Positions 49,141 to 58,472 of a DNA stretch of 64,000 nt are shown here, piece by piece. Location of the stretch: positions 9,161 through 73,160 of IMG/VR virus record IMGVR_UViG_3300042294_002813. The stretch is one strand, 5' to 3'. The notes under the pieces are model-generated. The model saw nothing but the letters and a program-made list of their open reading frames with translations. It was not told the DNA's origin and did no database searches. Numbering within the stretch: the stretch's first letter is position 1; the number at the start of each line of letters is the position of its first letter. This DNA comes from a virus. The position numbers and the translations under genes were made by a program.

Positions 49141-50100
49141 TTAGTTTAGATCTATTCTTGGTGCTCTAAAACTCATGTAGCTCGATGATGTAACACTATA
49201 CGTTCCTGCAACTTGTGTTGTCATATCGCCATCAACTTTTACATCTGCACTACCCTTGACAAATATTTTACCTTGACCATTGATCGTAATATTGCAATCT
49301 CCCATGATCAATACATTATTATCTGACATTACTATTTCGTACTTGTCTTTTACTACTTTTGTAACTTTTGTTCCATCTGGATATATTTCTTCAAAAGTTC
49401 CCGAACGATGAGTAGTTTGAATTCTTTCCGCACCTGGAGTATCATCGACTTCTAGAACATGACCGGATTCTGATTCATATACATGATTGTATGGATATTT
49501 TGCGTTATATTGTGTTTCGGGCTCAGACCATGTTGAACCTTTAGTAGATGTTTCTACATTCTGTATACGATTATTTTTTCTCTCTTCTACAATTGTATCA
49601 GTAATATTTTCATTTCTTGCCAATTTACTTACAGTCGATTCATTCACAGTTTCCGGATACCGTGTTGCTTGACCTTCAACTATGAATACACCTTCTCCAT
49701 CTTGAGTATAATCTTTCGATTTCGGCTTTCTTGGAGAATCGCTCAACTGAGTTGGTGTTCTTTGATCAGAAAATCCTTTATCTATTCTTGGCACAGATTC
49801 AGGAATGCCCGGAACAATTCCTAGCATAACAGGAAACTGTGCATCATCCGAATCAAGGAAGAAACCAAATACCATATCCCCTTCCTTTGCAGCGATTCCT
49901 GTTCCTGTATTCGTATTCAAAGGCATTACAGGATGTGCCCAGGGAAGATCGGATGTTGGTATCAAATTCTTGTTTTCGGTGTGCCATCCATAAATTCTGA
50001 CTTGACAACGACCTATCAATAAAGGATCCTTGCGATTTTCAATGACACCAAACCACCAGACAAATCCATCTAGTCCCATAAAATTATTGCGATTTATCAT
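49141..50100 (-). CDS. 5: gp5 baseplate central spike (OB fold plus beta helix, no lysozyme domain)
   Basis: WWFGVIENRKDPL..GRCQVRI.G.H, LPWA, YPYNHVYESESGH..E.DDTPG.ERI...HRSGT. Confidence 0.92.
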   Translation of the reverse strand: MINRNNFMGLDGFVWWFGVIENRKDPLLIGRCQVRIYGWHTENKNLIPTSDLPWAHPVMPLNTNTGTGIAAKEGDMVFGFFLDSDDAQFPVMLGIVPGIPESVPRIDKGFSDQRTPTQLSDSPRKPKSKDYTQDGEGVFIVEGQATRYPETVNESTVSKLARNENITDTIVEERKNNRIQNVETSTKGSTWSEPETQYNAKYPYNHVYESESGHVLEVDDTPGAERIQTTHRSGTFEEIYPDGTKVTKVVKDKYEIVMSDNNVLIMGDCNITINGQGKIFVKGSADVKVDGDMTTQVAGTYSVTSSSYMSFRAPRIDLN

Positions 50101-51476
50101 GATTTCTTTATCTCATTGATTAGTGCTAAACTATTTTCCGCTTGTGGATATGGCTTTGATAGACAATCTCGTGTTGCTTCAACAATCATTTCATAGTTAT
50201 CCAAATTTATTTTGTGTCGAATCGCGGTTAGCAAATATCTTCCGCTGTAGAAAGGATTCTCATTTGATGCGCCTGGATTTTTAGCCCCGACAAGAGGAAT
50301 TTGAAATTCTATGATGTCGCCAACCGTGATATATGTATCGCCCGGAATAACTAATTTTAACTTGAAGTAATCCAGCTGATTTATTTGTGTTATGCGTTGC
50401 AATAGCCATTTTTCAACCAGATTTTGTTTTATTGATGGTTGTTTACTTGAAATCACGCTATCAGTATCATGTGATCTATTTGTTGGATACATTCTCATCA
50501 ATGAATATGAATTTTCATATACTTTTTTCTTGAATCTATCTTCATATTCGTTTTGAAAAGAAAATGCGCTTCCTTGTTTCTCTATATGTGAAGTAATATT
50601 GAATAATTCATCATACCTCATGGCATAGTCTGTAGCTTCTAATTTGACCAAGTCAATTGTCTTAATTGTGCTTGAAAACATACCCGAGGTTATTCCTGAC
50701 AAAACGTCGAACATTTTCATGAATTCATATTTCACAACATCTCTAATCTCAGATACAGATGTATCAGTTTTTTCGGGAGGTGCGTTTTTGGGTCCGAAAC
50801 TATATTTTGCTTTAGTGTTTCCTTGAAACAAAGTTTCTAGAGACTTGAAGTTATAACCTTGAGTATTTTCATAAAACATGAATGTCGCACCACGACTTTT
50901 TGCCGAAGATGAAACAGTTCTTGAAGCAAGCCATGATATAGCGGTTAATGGATTCAAAAATGGAATTATTACGTCATGAACTCCAGATGTGTTTTCTATA
51001 TTTGTTGCTCTTAGTTTTTCCGGAGTTACTTTTAACTGTTTTGTCAATATGTCAGTAACAATACTCGACATCGTTTTTCCACGATAAGATTTTGAAATAC
51101 GACGAGATGCAGAAACTACGTTTTCTTCAGAGCAAAAATTCAACAAATATGTTTGATTTGATGTGGTTGCTTGTTTTACAGTTCCTGGAGTCATTTTATA
51201 GATACGAAAACTTTTTTCAAAAAGAACTTTTCTTTCGGATCCGGGTTTTTCAATGACTACTCGTAGAAATTCAAATCCAGATAGAGGTAAGGTTGCAATC
51301 AAATCATTTGAATCATTTAAAAGTGCATATCCTGAAATTGTTGAATTGTAAATATCTTCAAAAATATCCAATTCTAAAAGTAATGCTCTTATATTAATAC
51401 CAGAACCATTGGTATTAACTATGAATAACTCTTTTATTACGTAATTTTTTTCGTTAGTATATAAAAAATCAGACAT
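50097..51476 (-). CDS. Baseplate hub protein (gp27-like)
   Basis: IFEDI..STISG...L.D, FMFYEN..GYNFKSLE.L, IPGD...VGD.I, YSGRYL.TAIRH; between gp53 and gp5. Confidence 0.75.
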   Translation of the reverse strand: MSDFLYTNEKNYVIKELFIVNTNGSGINIRALLLELDIFEDIYNSTISGYALLNDSNDLIATLPLSGFEFLRVVIEKPGSERKVLFEKSFRIYKMTPGTVKQATTSNQTYLLNFCSEENVVSASRRISKSYRGKTMSSIVTDILTKQLKVTPEKLRATNIENTSGVHDVIIPFLNPLTAISWLASRTVSSSAKSRGATFMFYENTQGYNFKSLETLFQGNTKAKYSFGPKNAPPEKTDTSVSEIRDVVKYEFMKMFDVLSGITSGMFSSTIKTIDLVKLEATDYAMRYDELFNITSHIEKQGSAFSFQNEYEDRFKKKVYENSYSLMRMYPTNRSHDTDSVISSKQPSIKQNLVEKWLLQRITQINQLDYFKLKLVIPGDTYITVGDIIEFQIPLVGAKNPGASNENPFYSGRYLLTAIRHKINLDNYEMIVEATRDCLSKPYPQAENSLALINEIKKS

Positions 51477-52089
51477 TTGTCAATATAGAAAATAGTTCTT
51501 GTTCTATTTGAAGAGCATATGCAGCGTTTATTATCTTTATTTCTCTTTTTGCTTCATTTTGTTCTTCTTCATAGTCGTAATATGATACAGCATTCTTGGT
51601 CGTAACTATTTGAACGGTATTACCATCTTTCAAATTGATTGTTTCCGTACTACTTGATGCCAAATTTGCATATGTGTTGTAGTCAAGTTCATACTTGTTT
51701 ACTGTTATGGTTCCTGTGACAGAATCCGTTTTTGTCACCACTTTTTCGTAGTGATGATATGTTGTTTTTGCAGTTGCAATTGAACCATATTTGTTTTCAA
51801 CATAAGATGAAAAATTTGTATATGTCAATGGCCAGTCGTATGTCGGATCAGTTATGTTATTTGCAAGAAGAATGATCCAATGACGATTTGAATTGCCGTA
51901 GTATTTTGAAGCTAGTATTTCTGGAGTATCACCATCAGAAATTTGATACTTGTAAAATACTGTAGATTCATTTTCAATACTAGGTAAAAATCTAGTGCGA
52001 ACAAATAAATTCGATACAAGTTTGAGACTCTTGTTTGATGAATTTGTTAGATCGTATAAAGCTATGGGAAAATCAGTAAAATATGCCAT
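51469..52089 (-). CDS. 53: gp53 baseplate wedge subunit
   Basis: YF..FP, Y.ISDGDTPE.LA.KYYG....HWIILLANNI.DP.YDWP, YDYE...NE.KR.IKI. Confidence 0.92.
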   Translation of the reverse strand: MAYFTDFPIALYDLTNSSNKSLKLVSNLFVRTRFLPSIENESTVFYKYQISDGDTPEILASKYYGNSNRHWIILLANNITDPTYDWPLTYTNFSSYVENKYGSIATAKTTYHHYEKVVTKTDSVTGTITVNKYELDYNTYANLASSSTETINLKDGNTVQIVTTKNAVSYYDYEEEQNEAKREIKIINAAYALQIEQELFSILTNV

Positions 52090-53237
52090 TAGTAGCCCTC
52101 ATCAACCATTTCTCTTGTTATGATATTGGTTTCTATGAAAGATAGTCTCATTCTTATTTGAACTGGCATTCCATCATCAAATGTTACAAATCCGCCTGTT
52201 GGTGTATAGTCGACCATGACATCACTTAAAACACATGTAGAAAGTCTAGGAAGATTAGTGTTTTCGACAAATCCTCCGCCAGTACCAGCACTACCATTGA
52301 TTCTTTCATTTGAATTTACGTCAGGATTTGGATTTGGATTTGATTGTCCTTTTCTCAAAAATGTTATCTCAAACTGGGATGGTGGAATCATAATGTAGTT
52401 TACTAGCGATCCTACTCCACTTTGGCTATTATTAAGAAATTCAGGAGCTGAATGTCTTCTAAATTCATAAATTATTTTCCAAACATCATCAGCTTCTTTT
52501 GCACTTTTTGGAGAAAAAATAAAATCAAAATTAAACGCTCTAAGAAGAGGACTAACATATAAAACTTCAACAACAGGATTGAGAGCATAACCAAATAAAC
52601 TAGTAGCTGTTCTTAATGCTGGTGTCAATACACCTCTATCAAATTTACTAAGACCCATTGTTCCAGAACCTATTCTTGCAGCTAAACTTGGATCCATGCC
52701 GCGCTGGCGGGCTACCGCACCTGTCGCGGCTCCCACGGCAGCGGCTGCGGCGGCTGCTCCGCCTGTTAATCCTATCGCTAAATTACCTGCTTCTCCAAGA
52801 GATCCAGTTAATGCTTGTGTTCCTGCAACTAAACTAGTACCAATAATACCAAGTTTTTCCAACAAGCTTGGAGTTTCAAAGTTTTGTCTATTATCAACAA
52901 CTATCGTATCAGGCATATACAATGAAATGGCTCTTTTTATTCTTGTAAATTTTCTTGTTAAACTAGGAGTATTTTGAAGATTTCGATCTCTTCTTGACTG
53001 AAATCCTGCATTTGGTCCTGTAGCATTTTCGGCGGGTGTTTCTCGTTTTGACAAATCATTTGAATTATCGTGAACATTGATATTAAATAGCATAGCATGT
53101 GATAGATTTTCAATGTCAATAGGATAATTCAAAGAAGAAAATTGATAGGGATTGTTTGCAAGCGTAGCTAAGGGTCCAGCCCCCATTCTACCGCCAAAAT
53201 CATCTTTTCTTGTAGCTTGTCTATAATCTGCTGCCAT
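52089..53237 (-). CDS. 48: gp48 baseplate tail-tube cap
   Basis: ISLYMPD, NP..EVLY.SP.LR.FNFDF.F.PKS..EA, CVL..V.VDYTP, DGMPV...MRLSF.E. Confidence 0.85.
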   Translation of the reverse strand: MAADYRQATRKDDFGGRMGAGPLATLANNPYQFSSLNYPIDIENLSHAMLFNINVHDNSNDLSKRETPAENATGPNAGFQSRRDRNLQNTPSLTRKFTRIKRAISLYMPDTIVVDNRQNFETPSLLEKLGIIGTSLVAGTQALTGSLGEAGNLAIGLTGGAAAAAAAVGAATGAVARQRGMDPSLAARIGSGTMGLSKFDRGVLTPALRTATSLFGYALNPVVEVLYVSPLLRAFNFDFIFSPKSAKEADDVWKIIYEFRRHSAPEFLNNSQSGVGSLVNYIMIPPSQFEITFLRKGQSNPNPNPDVNSNERINGSAGTGGGFVENTNLPRLSTCVLSDVMVDYTPTGGFVTFDDGMPVQIRMRLSFIETNIITREMVDEGY

Positions 53238-53270
53238 CTAAATATTTCCGTAACTTTTACTATATTTATC
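53238..53270. promoter_or_regulatory. Face-to-face late promoters at the divergent gp48/gp4 junction
   Basis: CTAAATA on + (53238-44) and GATAAATA on - (53263-70) in a 33-bp intergenic region. Confidence 0.55.
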
Positions 53271-53708
53271 ATGTCATACAAAGGCCGCTTCATACCAACA
53301 AATAGTCAAAAATATCGCGGAGATCCCACACGAATCATATATCGTAGTCTTTGGGAGCGTCGTGTCATGGTTTTTCTTGATGAAAACCCGTCAGTCATAC
53401 AATGGTCTTCTGAAGAAATAGTGATACCTTATCTCTCTCCCGTTGATCGCAAAGTGCATCGTTACTTTCCCGATTTCTATGTCAAAGTTCGCGATAAAGA
53501 CAACAAGATACGAGAGATGATATGGGAAATAAAGCCACAAAAAGAGTCAGTGCCGCCTAAGAAAAGATCAAGAGTAACGCAAAAATACATAACCGAAATA
53601 GTCACTTGGGGAGTCAATGATGCCAAGTGGAAAGCAGCTCAGGAATACTGTCTCGACCGAAATTGGCAATTCAAGGTTCTCACAGAAAATGATCTTGGAA
53701 TCAAATAA
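53271..53708 (+). CDS. 4: gp4 head completion nuclease
   Basis: MSYKGRF.P.N..KY.GDP..IIYRSLWE, WSSEE..IPY.SPVD...HRYFPDF, N.AKW.AA..YC; start moved to ATG 53271. Confidence 0.93.
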   Translation: MSYKGRFIPTNSQKYRGDPTRIIYRSLWERRVMVFLDENPSVIQWSSEEIVIPYLSPVDRKVHRYFPDFYVKVRDKDNKIREMIWEIKPQKESVPPKKRSRVTQKYITEIVTWGVNDAKWKAAQEYCLDRNWQFKVLTENDLGIK

Positions 53709-53716
53709 ATATCATT

Positions 53717-54277
53717 ATGCCAATTATAGACAAAAGACAAAGAAGAATAGAACGAGCGAATTTATCCGCTAGCACACAAAAAGCTAGAGAATGGATTCAA
53801 AAAAAAGCGGATGAACTAAAAAGTTCTAGCCGCAGAGATCTTTTGCGCGACACAAAACGCAAAGAAACGTCATTTCATCTTGGCGCAATGTATTTCTTTG
53901 TGTATAATCCAAAAACGAAAGACATATTACCAAGATACGACATGTTTCCTCTAGTCATTCCATTTGATAGATTTGGAGATGGATTTATTGGAGTTAATTT
54001 ACATTATCTTTCGGTAGGAACAAGATTGGGTCTTCTAAATCAATTGAGTGTGTTTACAAATGACAACAAATATGACGAAAAGACAAGATTTACATTCACA
54101 TATGCCGTCTTAAAAAATCTTCCAATTGATGCTAAACCAGCAGTGAAAAGATATTTGACATCAAACATACGTTCAAGATTCATAAAAATAGATGCAAGTG
54201 AATGGGATATTGCGGCGTCATTGCCTGTTGAAAGTTTCATATATCCTGAAAAAAATAAAAATGCTTCGCCAATCTAA
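53717..54277 (+). CDS. 2: gp2 DNA end protector
   Basis: G.MYFFVY.PK.K..LP.YD.FPLV, GF.G.NLHYL, KRYL...I.S.F...EW..A..LP. Confidence 0.9.
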   Translation: MPIIDKRQRRIERANLSASTQKAREWIQKKADELKSSSRRDLLRDTKRKETSFHLGAMYFFVYNPKTKDILPRYDMFPLVIPFDRFGDGFIGVNLHYLSVGTRLGLLNQLSVFTNDNKYDEKTRFTFTYAVLKNLPIDAKPAVKRYLTSNIRSRFIKIDASEWDIAASLPVESFIYPEKNKNASPI

Positions 54278-54289
54278 AAGGAAATAAAG

Positions 54290-54949
54290 ATGGCAGATAT
54301 CAATAAATTTCTATCAGCTATAAACAAGTACTCTGATTTTCAAAGACAAAGTAGATTTCAAGTAAGATTTCCACAAGGAATTCCTGGATCATTATCTTCC
54401 GATTCACAACTTGAGTATAAATGTGAATCCGTAGAAATACCAGGTAGAAGTCTCAACACATTTGAACATAGAACCTATGGTCCTGTAGTTAAATATCCAG
54501 TACAGTCATTTTTTAGTGAAATAACTTGTATGTTTTTTTGCACAGGAAATATTAGTAAACAACCTTTAACAGGAATGGTAGAAAAAAGAGTTTTTGAAGA
54601 TTGGATGAATTGGATTAATACTTATCCAGTATCAGCCTCACAAAAACCAGAAATCGCGTATCACAATTTCAAATACAAGACTGAGTACGCAAAAGAAATT
54701 ATAATAGAGTGCTTCGATGTAAATCAGGGTCGTAGCTATTCAATTTACATTGTAAATGCGTATCCAGTATCTGTTAGTCCTGTGACAATGAGTTGGACAA
54801 GTGAAGAAATAACTCGCGTTGCCGTATCGTTTAGTTATGACTATTTTTATTATTCAAATGAGTATAGCCCTTATGAAAATACAAAATATGTTTCTTCAAC
54901 GCAACCTCCTAGAACAGCACGAGAAACAAATCCTGGTCGACAAAGATAA
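54290..54949 (+). CDS. Tail-tube-like baseplate tube initiator (gp54/gp19 family)
   Basis: CESVEIPGRS, YGP..KYP, F.DWM..I, NAYP.SV....MSW. Confidence 0.75.
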   Translation: MADINKFLSAINKYSDFQRQSRFQVRFPQGIPGSLSSDSQLEYKCESVEIPGRSLNTFEHRTYGPVVKYPVQSFFSEITCMFFCTGNISKQPLTGMVEKRVFEDWMNWINTYPVSASQKPEIAYHNFKYKTEYAKEIIIECFDVNQGRSYSIYIVNAYPVSVSPVTMSWTSEEITRVAVSFSYDYFYYSNEYSPYENTKYVSSTQPPRTARETNPGRQR

Positions 54950-54969
54950 AGAAAGGATAAATCTAAATC

Positions 54970-55716
54970 ATGAATTTACCTAAAATTGATTTGCCAATAT
55001 ATGAGTTTGAATTACCTTCAACAGGCAAAAAACTAAAGTTTAGACCATTTCTAGTAAAAGAACAAAAAATTCTATTGATGGCACTTGAAGAACAAAAAAC
55101 GGAATCAAACGAAAAATCAATCGTTGACGCCGTAAGACAAATTGTCAAAAATTGTATAGTCGAAACCAACTTTGATATAAATGAAATGTCTTCATTTGAC
55201 ATAGAATATTTCTTCATTCATTTAAGAGCAAGATCAATAAATGAAAAAGTAAATATGTCATTTCGTTGTAAAAATACAGTAGAAGACAAAGAATGCAATA
55301 ATCTAATGCAATTTGAACACGATATTTTAAATTCAACCGTCATTGAAAAGAAACCAAATCATAACAAGACAATATTCTTTACAAAAGATGTTGGTGTCAT
55401 GATGAAATATCCTTCATTCAATGCTGTTGAAACGCTTGCAAGCAAAAACAAAAAAACTTCAATAGAAACTGCTTTGGATATGATTATCAATAGTATCGAC
55501 TATTTCTTCGATAAAGATGGTATATACTATATCAAAGAAATGGAAAAAAAAGATGTTTTAGAATACATTGAAAATATTCCAAAATCAAGTTTTGACAAAA
55601 TCGACAATTTTTTCAAAACAATGCCAAGTATAAAATCAAACATTGAACATACATGCAACAAGTGCGGATTTAATCATGTAATACCTTTGGAGGGCCTGAC
55701 AAGTTTTTTCGCATAA
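54970..55716 (+). CDS. 26: gp26 baseplate hub assembly protein
   Basis: LPKIDLP.YE.ELPSTGK...FRPFLVKEQKILLMA.E, FDIEY.F..LRARS, C..C, LEGL.SFF. Confidence 0.93.
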   Translation: MNLPKIDLPIYEFELPSTGKKLKFRPFLVKEQKILLMALEEQKTESNEKSIVDAVRQIVKNCIVETNFDINEMSSFDIEYFFIHLRARSINEKVNMSFRCKNTVEDKECNNLMQFEHDILNSTVIEKKPNHNKTIFFTKDVGVMMKYPSFNAVETLASKNKKTSIETALDMIINSIDYFFDKDGIYYIKEMEKKDVLEYIENIPKSSFDKIDNFFKTMPSIKSNIEHTCNKCGFNHVIPLEGLTSFFA

Positions 55717-55763
55717 GCCTTGGTCATGAAAGTTTGACAAATTATTTTCAAACTAACTTTACG

Positions 55764-55904
55764 ATGATGCACAATTATCATTATAGTCTAAGTGAACTAG
55801 AAAATATGATACCCTGGGAAAGAGATGTCTATGTAATATTGCTAGCCCAGCACATCGAAAAAGAAAATCAAAGACTAAAAGATATGGCAGCACAAAGAAA
55901 GTAA
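55764..55904 (+). CDS. 51: gp51 baseplate hub assembly catalyst (not in ORF track; frame open from 55674)
   Basis: MMHNYHYSLSELENMIPWERDVYVILLAQHIEKENQRLKDMAAQRK; YSL.ELENMIPWER is characteristic of gp51. Confidence 0.88.
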   Translation: MMHNYHYSLSELENMIPWERDVYVILLAQHIEKENQRLKDMAAQRK

Positions 55905-55931
55905 AACTACTAGATCAAGGCAAAGATAAAA

Positions 55932-57455
55932 ATGGAAAACGAACAAATCAATAGAAATAGTCCAATAAAAGATTTAGCCGATACTGTTACAGAAAACGTA
56001 ACAAATACCTATTCAAAGATATTTGGAGATCCATCTGTTGAAAGAAGGGATCAAGAAAAAAGTCGAAACTCTTTCGAAGATGTGAGAAATAATCCAACAT
56101 TTAGAAATAAACAAGAAGAAAATTTAGGTCTTGCAGGAACAAACAAGACAATACAAAACATGACTAACATGCTAACAGCACTTACTGAAAACTTGGAAGA
56201 AAAAGATAGCAACAATCAACCACAAATAAATTTGGAAAAAATGGTTGATTTCTTTAAAAATAATGAAGATGAAAATTCAAATGTTGAATCACCACAATCT
56301 TCAATGACTCCACAATCATCTCCAGTTTTACAGTCAACATCATTGCAGCAACAAAAACCAGAAAACAACGTACAAGAACAAAAAAAATCAAATCCACGCG
56401 AAGACTTTCACAAAAAAATGTACGATTCCATTTATCAAACAGCTCTTGATAAGGGACTGCAAAATGCAGATGTTCTTGCGCGACTGGGTGCATCTCAAGC
56501 ATCGCTTGAAAGCGGGCATGGAAAAAAAATGCCAAAAGATTCAAACAATCCTTTTGGTATAAAGGAAACAAGAGAAAACAAACCCTCATCAACCTCAGCA
56601 ACTAAAGAAGTCGTTGAAGGAAAAGAGATCAGTAAACGTGAAAAATTTAGAAAATATGAAAAAGTAGAAGATGCCGGAAAAGACTGGCTCAATCTTATTG
56701 AAAAAGATTCAAGATACAAGGATGTTTTACAATCAAAAGATTTCAAAGCTGCAACTGATGCTTTAGGCAAATCTGGATATTTTACAGCAGATCCTGGAAA
56801 ATATTTAAAGGATATAAATTCAATTAGTGAGAAATACGGAAAAAATATTCCAAAGCCACAACCAACCCAAATGGCGCAACAACTACCACAAAAAGAAGAA
56901 ACGCCCAATCGACCATTGACAAATGAATTGCCAAAAGAAGTTGCTCAAGTTCAACCTCAAGAGGTAAAACCACAACTACAATCAACTTTCTTTACTCCTG
57001 GCGAACAAAACTACGGAAAAGTGACTTTGAATCCTCAAGGACAGCCGTCGGCCGAAAAAGAGCCAACTAATGAAAATCCAGTAAATCAACCATATATGAT
57101 GCAGCAACAAGGATCGCTAACGAGGGATCTCAATCTTCAAACCATGCCAGCAACAGGAATGGCAATTCCGGAACAAATGAAACCTGCACCAATTGCAGCT
57201 GAAATGCAGCAGCAACCACAAAGACAAACAGGTGAGGTTTTATCAAACATGTCTGAGGAAAGACAGACGAAAAGAGATCAAATGAATCAATCTCAGGCGC
57301 CAGTAATCAATAACATCAACAATGGAGGTGGTGGAAATCAAATTCCATCTCCACCTCAATCTTCTGCCGCCAATGCTCCGGTAGCAAGTGTGAGAAATGA
57401 AGACAACACATTGATGCGTGTTCAAAATATGATGGGAATACAATCCATGTCATAA
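55932..57455 (+). CDS. Gln-rich protein with glucosaminidase (FlgJ/GH73-like) domain at the tape-measure/hub position
   Basis: AsQASLESG.G, NNPFGIK, T.E...G, FRKY, L..SGY.TADP..Y; VINNINN C-terminal stretch; follows gp26-gp51. Confidence 0.75.
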   Translation: MENEQINRNSPIKDLADTVTENVTNTYSKIFGDPSVERRDQEKSRNSFEDVRNNPTFRNKQEENLGLAGTNKTIQNMTNMLTALTENLEEKDSNNQPQINLEKMVDFFKNNEDENSNVESPQSSMTPQSSPVLQSTSLQQQKPENNVQEQKKSNPREDFHKKMYDSIYQTALDKGLQNADVLARLGASQASLESGHGKKMPKDSNNPFGIKETRENKPSSTSATKEVVEGKEISKREKFRKYEKVEDAGKDWLNLIEKDSRYKDVLQSKDFKAATDALGKSGYFTADPGKYLKDINSISEKYGKNIPKPQPTQMAQQLPQKEETPNRPLTNELPKEVAQVQPQEVKPQLQSTFFTPGEQNYGKVTLNPQGQPSAEKEPTNENPVNQPYMMQQQGSLTRDLNLQTMPATGMAIPEQMKPAPIAAEMQQQPQRQTGEVLSNMSEERQTKRDQMNQSQAPVINNINNGGGGNQIPSPPQSSAANAPVASVRNEDNTLMRVQNMMGIQSMS

Positions 57456-57484
57456 AAAAGAGGGGAGCTTTCACTCCCCTCTTT
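57454..57484. terminator. Bidirectional rho-independent terminator between convergent genes
   Basis: AAAAAA-GAGGGGAG-ctttca-CTCCCCTC-TTT. Confidence 0.88.
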
Positions 57485-57501
57485 CGCTACTCGCTCAGTA
57501 C

Positions 57502-58374
57502 TTAGTCCTCGCGAGCCAACTTCTCAAACAACTTCATGTCATCGTCTTCGTCGTCAGTCCAAGGAGGTGTCTCCTTTGATGCCGGCTTCTCATCCGATGC
57601 CTTGCTCTTTGAGGCAGCTGGTGCTCCGTCAAGACCAAGAACACGATTTAGCTTGGTCTTCAGCTCATCATAGCTCTTGAAGTGCTTTGGATCAAGGAAA
57701 TCCTTGAGTGAATACTCGGACTTCCAAAGCTTCTCCAGCTTTGTATCATCACCATCATAAAGCGCAGAAGGCTTGTCGAACTCAGACTTGTCATAGTTCG
57801 GATAACCTTCAAACTTGCGAATCTTAAGCTTGAAGTTTGCGCCAGCCCAGAAATCAAATGGATTGACAGCCTTCTCGTCTTCAAACTGTGGATTCATTGC
57901 TTCGGTGATCTTGTCAAAGATCTTTTTGCCATACTTGAACAAAAAGATCTTACCCTCGTTGTCAGGATTCTTTGGATCGCTAACGACAAGAATGTTGGAG
58001 ATATACTTCAAGCGACGCTTCTGCTTACGAGCAATCTCCTTGTTAGCTTCGATTCCAGAATTCCATAGAATCGAATTGTACTCTGAGACAGGATCCTTCT
58101 GACCGATAGTCGTCAGAGAGTTCTCAATGTACCAACCGCCAGGTCCTTGAAAGCCATGATCAAAGACGCGAACCCAAGGAAGAGCATCGTCACCATCAGC
58201 AGCAGGTGCTGCAAGGAAACGAATCGTAGCAAAGCCGTTACCAGCCTTGTCAAGTTCTGGCTTCCAGAAACGAGTATCTTCCGATGAATTGGTTGCAGGT
58301 GTATTAAGCTTTTCTAGCTCGCGCGCCAGCTTGTCAATAGAACCGCTGGCCTTTTTTAGTGATGCAAAAGACAT
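57502..58374 (-). CDS. 32: gp32 single-stranded DNA-binding protein
   Basis: D.RFWKP..DKAGNG.A.IRFL, HGFQGPGGWYIENSLTT, YGKKIFDK, NPFDFW.GANFKLK, NYDKSEF; acidic tail. Confidence 0.97.
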   Translation of the reverse strand: MSFASLKKASGSIDKLARELEKLNTPATNSSEDTRFWKPELDKAGNGFATIRFLAAPAADGDDALPWVRVFDHGFQGPGGWYIENSLTTIGQKDPVSEYNSILWNSGIEANKEIARKQKRRLKYISNILVVSDPKNPDNEGKIFLFKYGKKIFDKITEAMNPQFEDEKAVNPFDFWAGANFKLKIRKFEGYPNYDKSEFDKPSALYDGDDTKLEKLWKSEYSLKDFLDPKHFKSYDELKTKLNRVLGLDGAPAASKSKASDEKPASKETPPWTDDEDDDMKLFEKLARED

Positions 58375-58442
58375 TGTATTTCCTTTCGTATGCGTTGTAT
58401 GTTTCGTATTACATCTTGTTCACATGATGCATAATATTCACT

Positions 58443-58472
58443 ATTATATATCATGCGTTGATTCGAAGTCAA
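58443..58472 (-). promoter_or_regulatory. Sigma70-like promoter for gp32
   Basis: TTGACT-18 nt-TATAAT. Confidence 0.6.

Noticed and set aside
52690-52765. GC-rich patch in gp48 as a foreign insertion
   Set aside because: Short and largely explained by an Ala/Gly-rich peptide; no boundary repeats.
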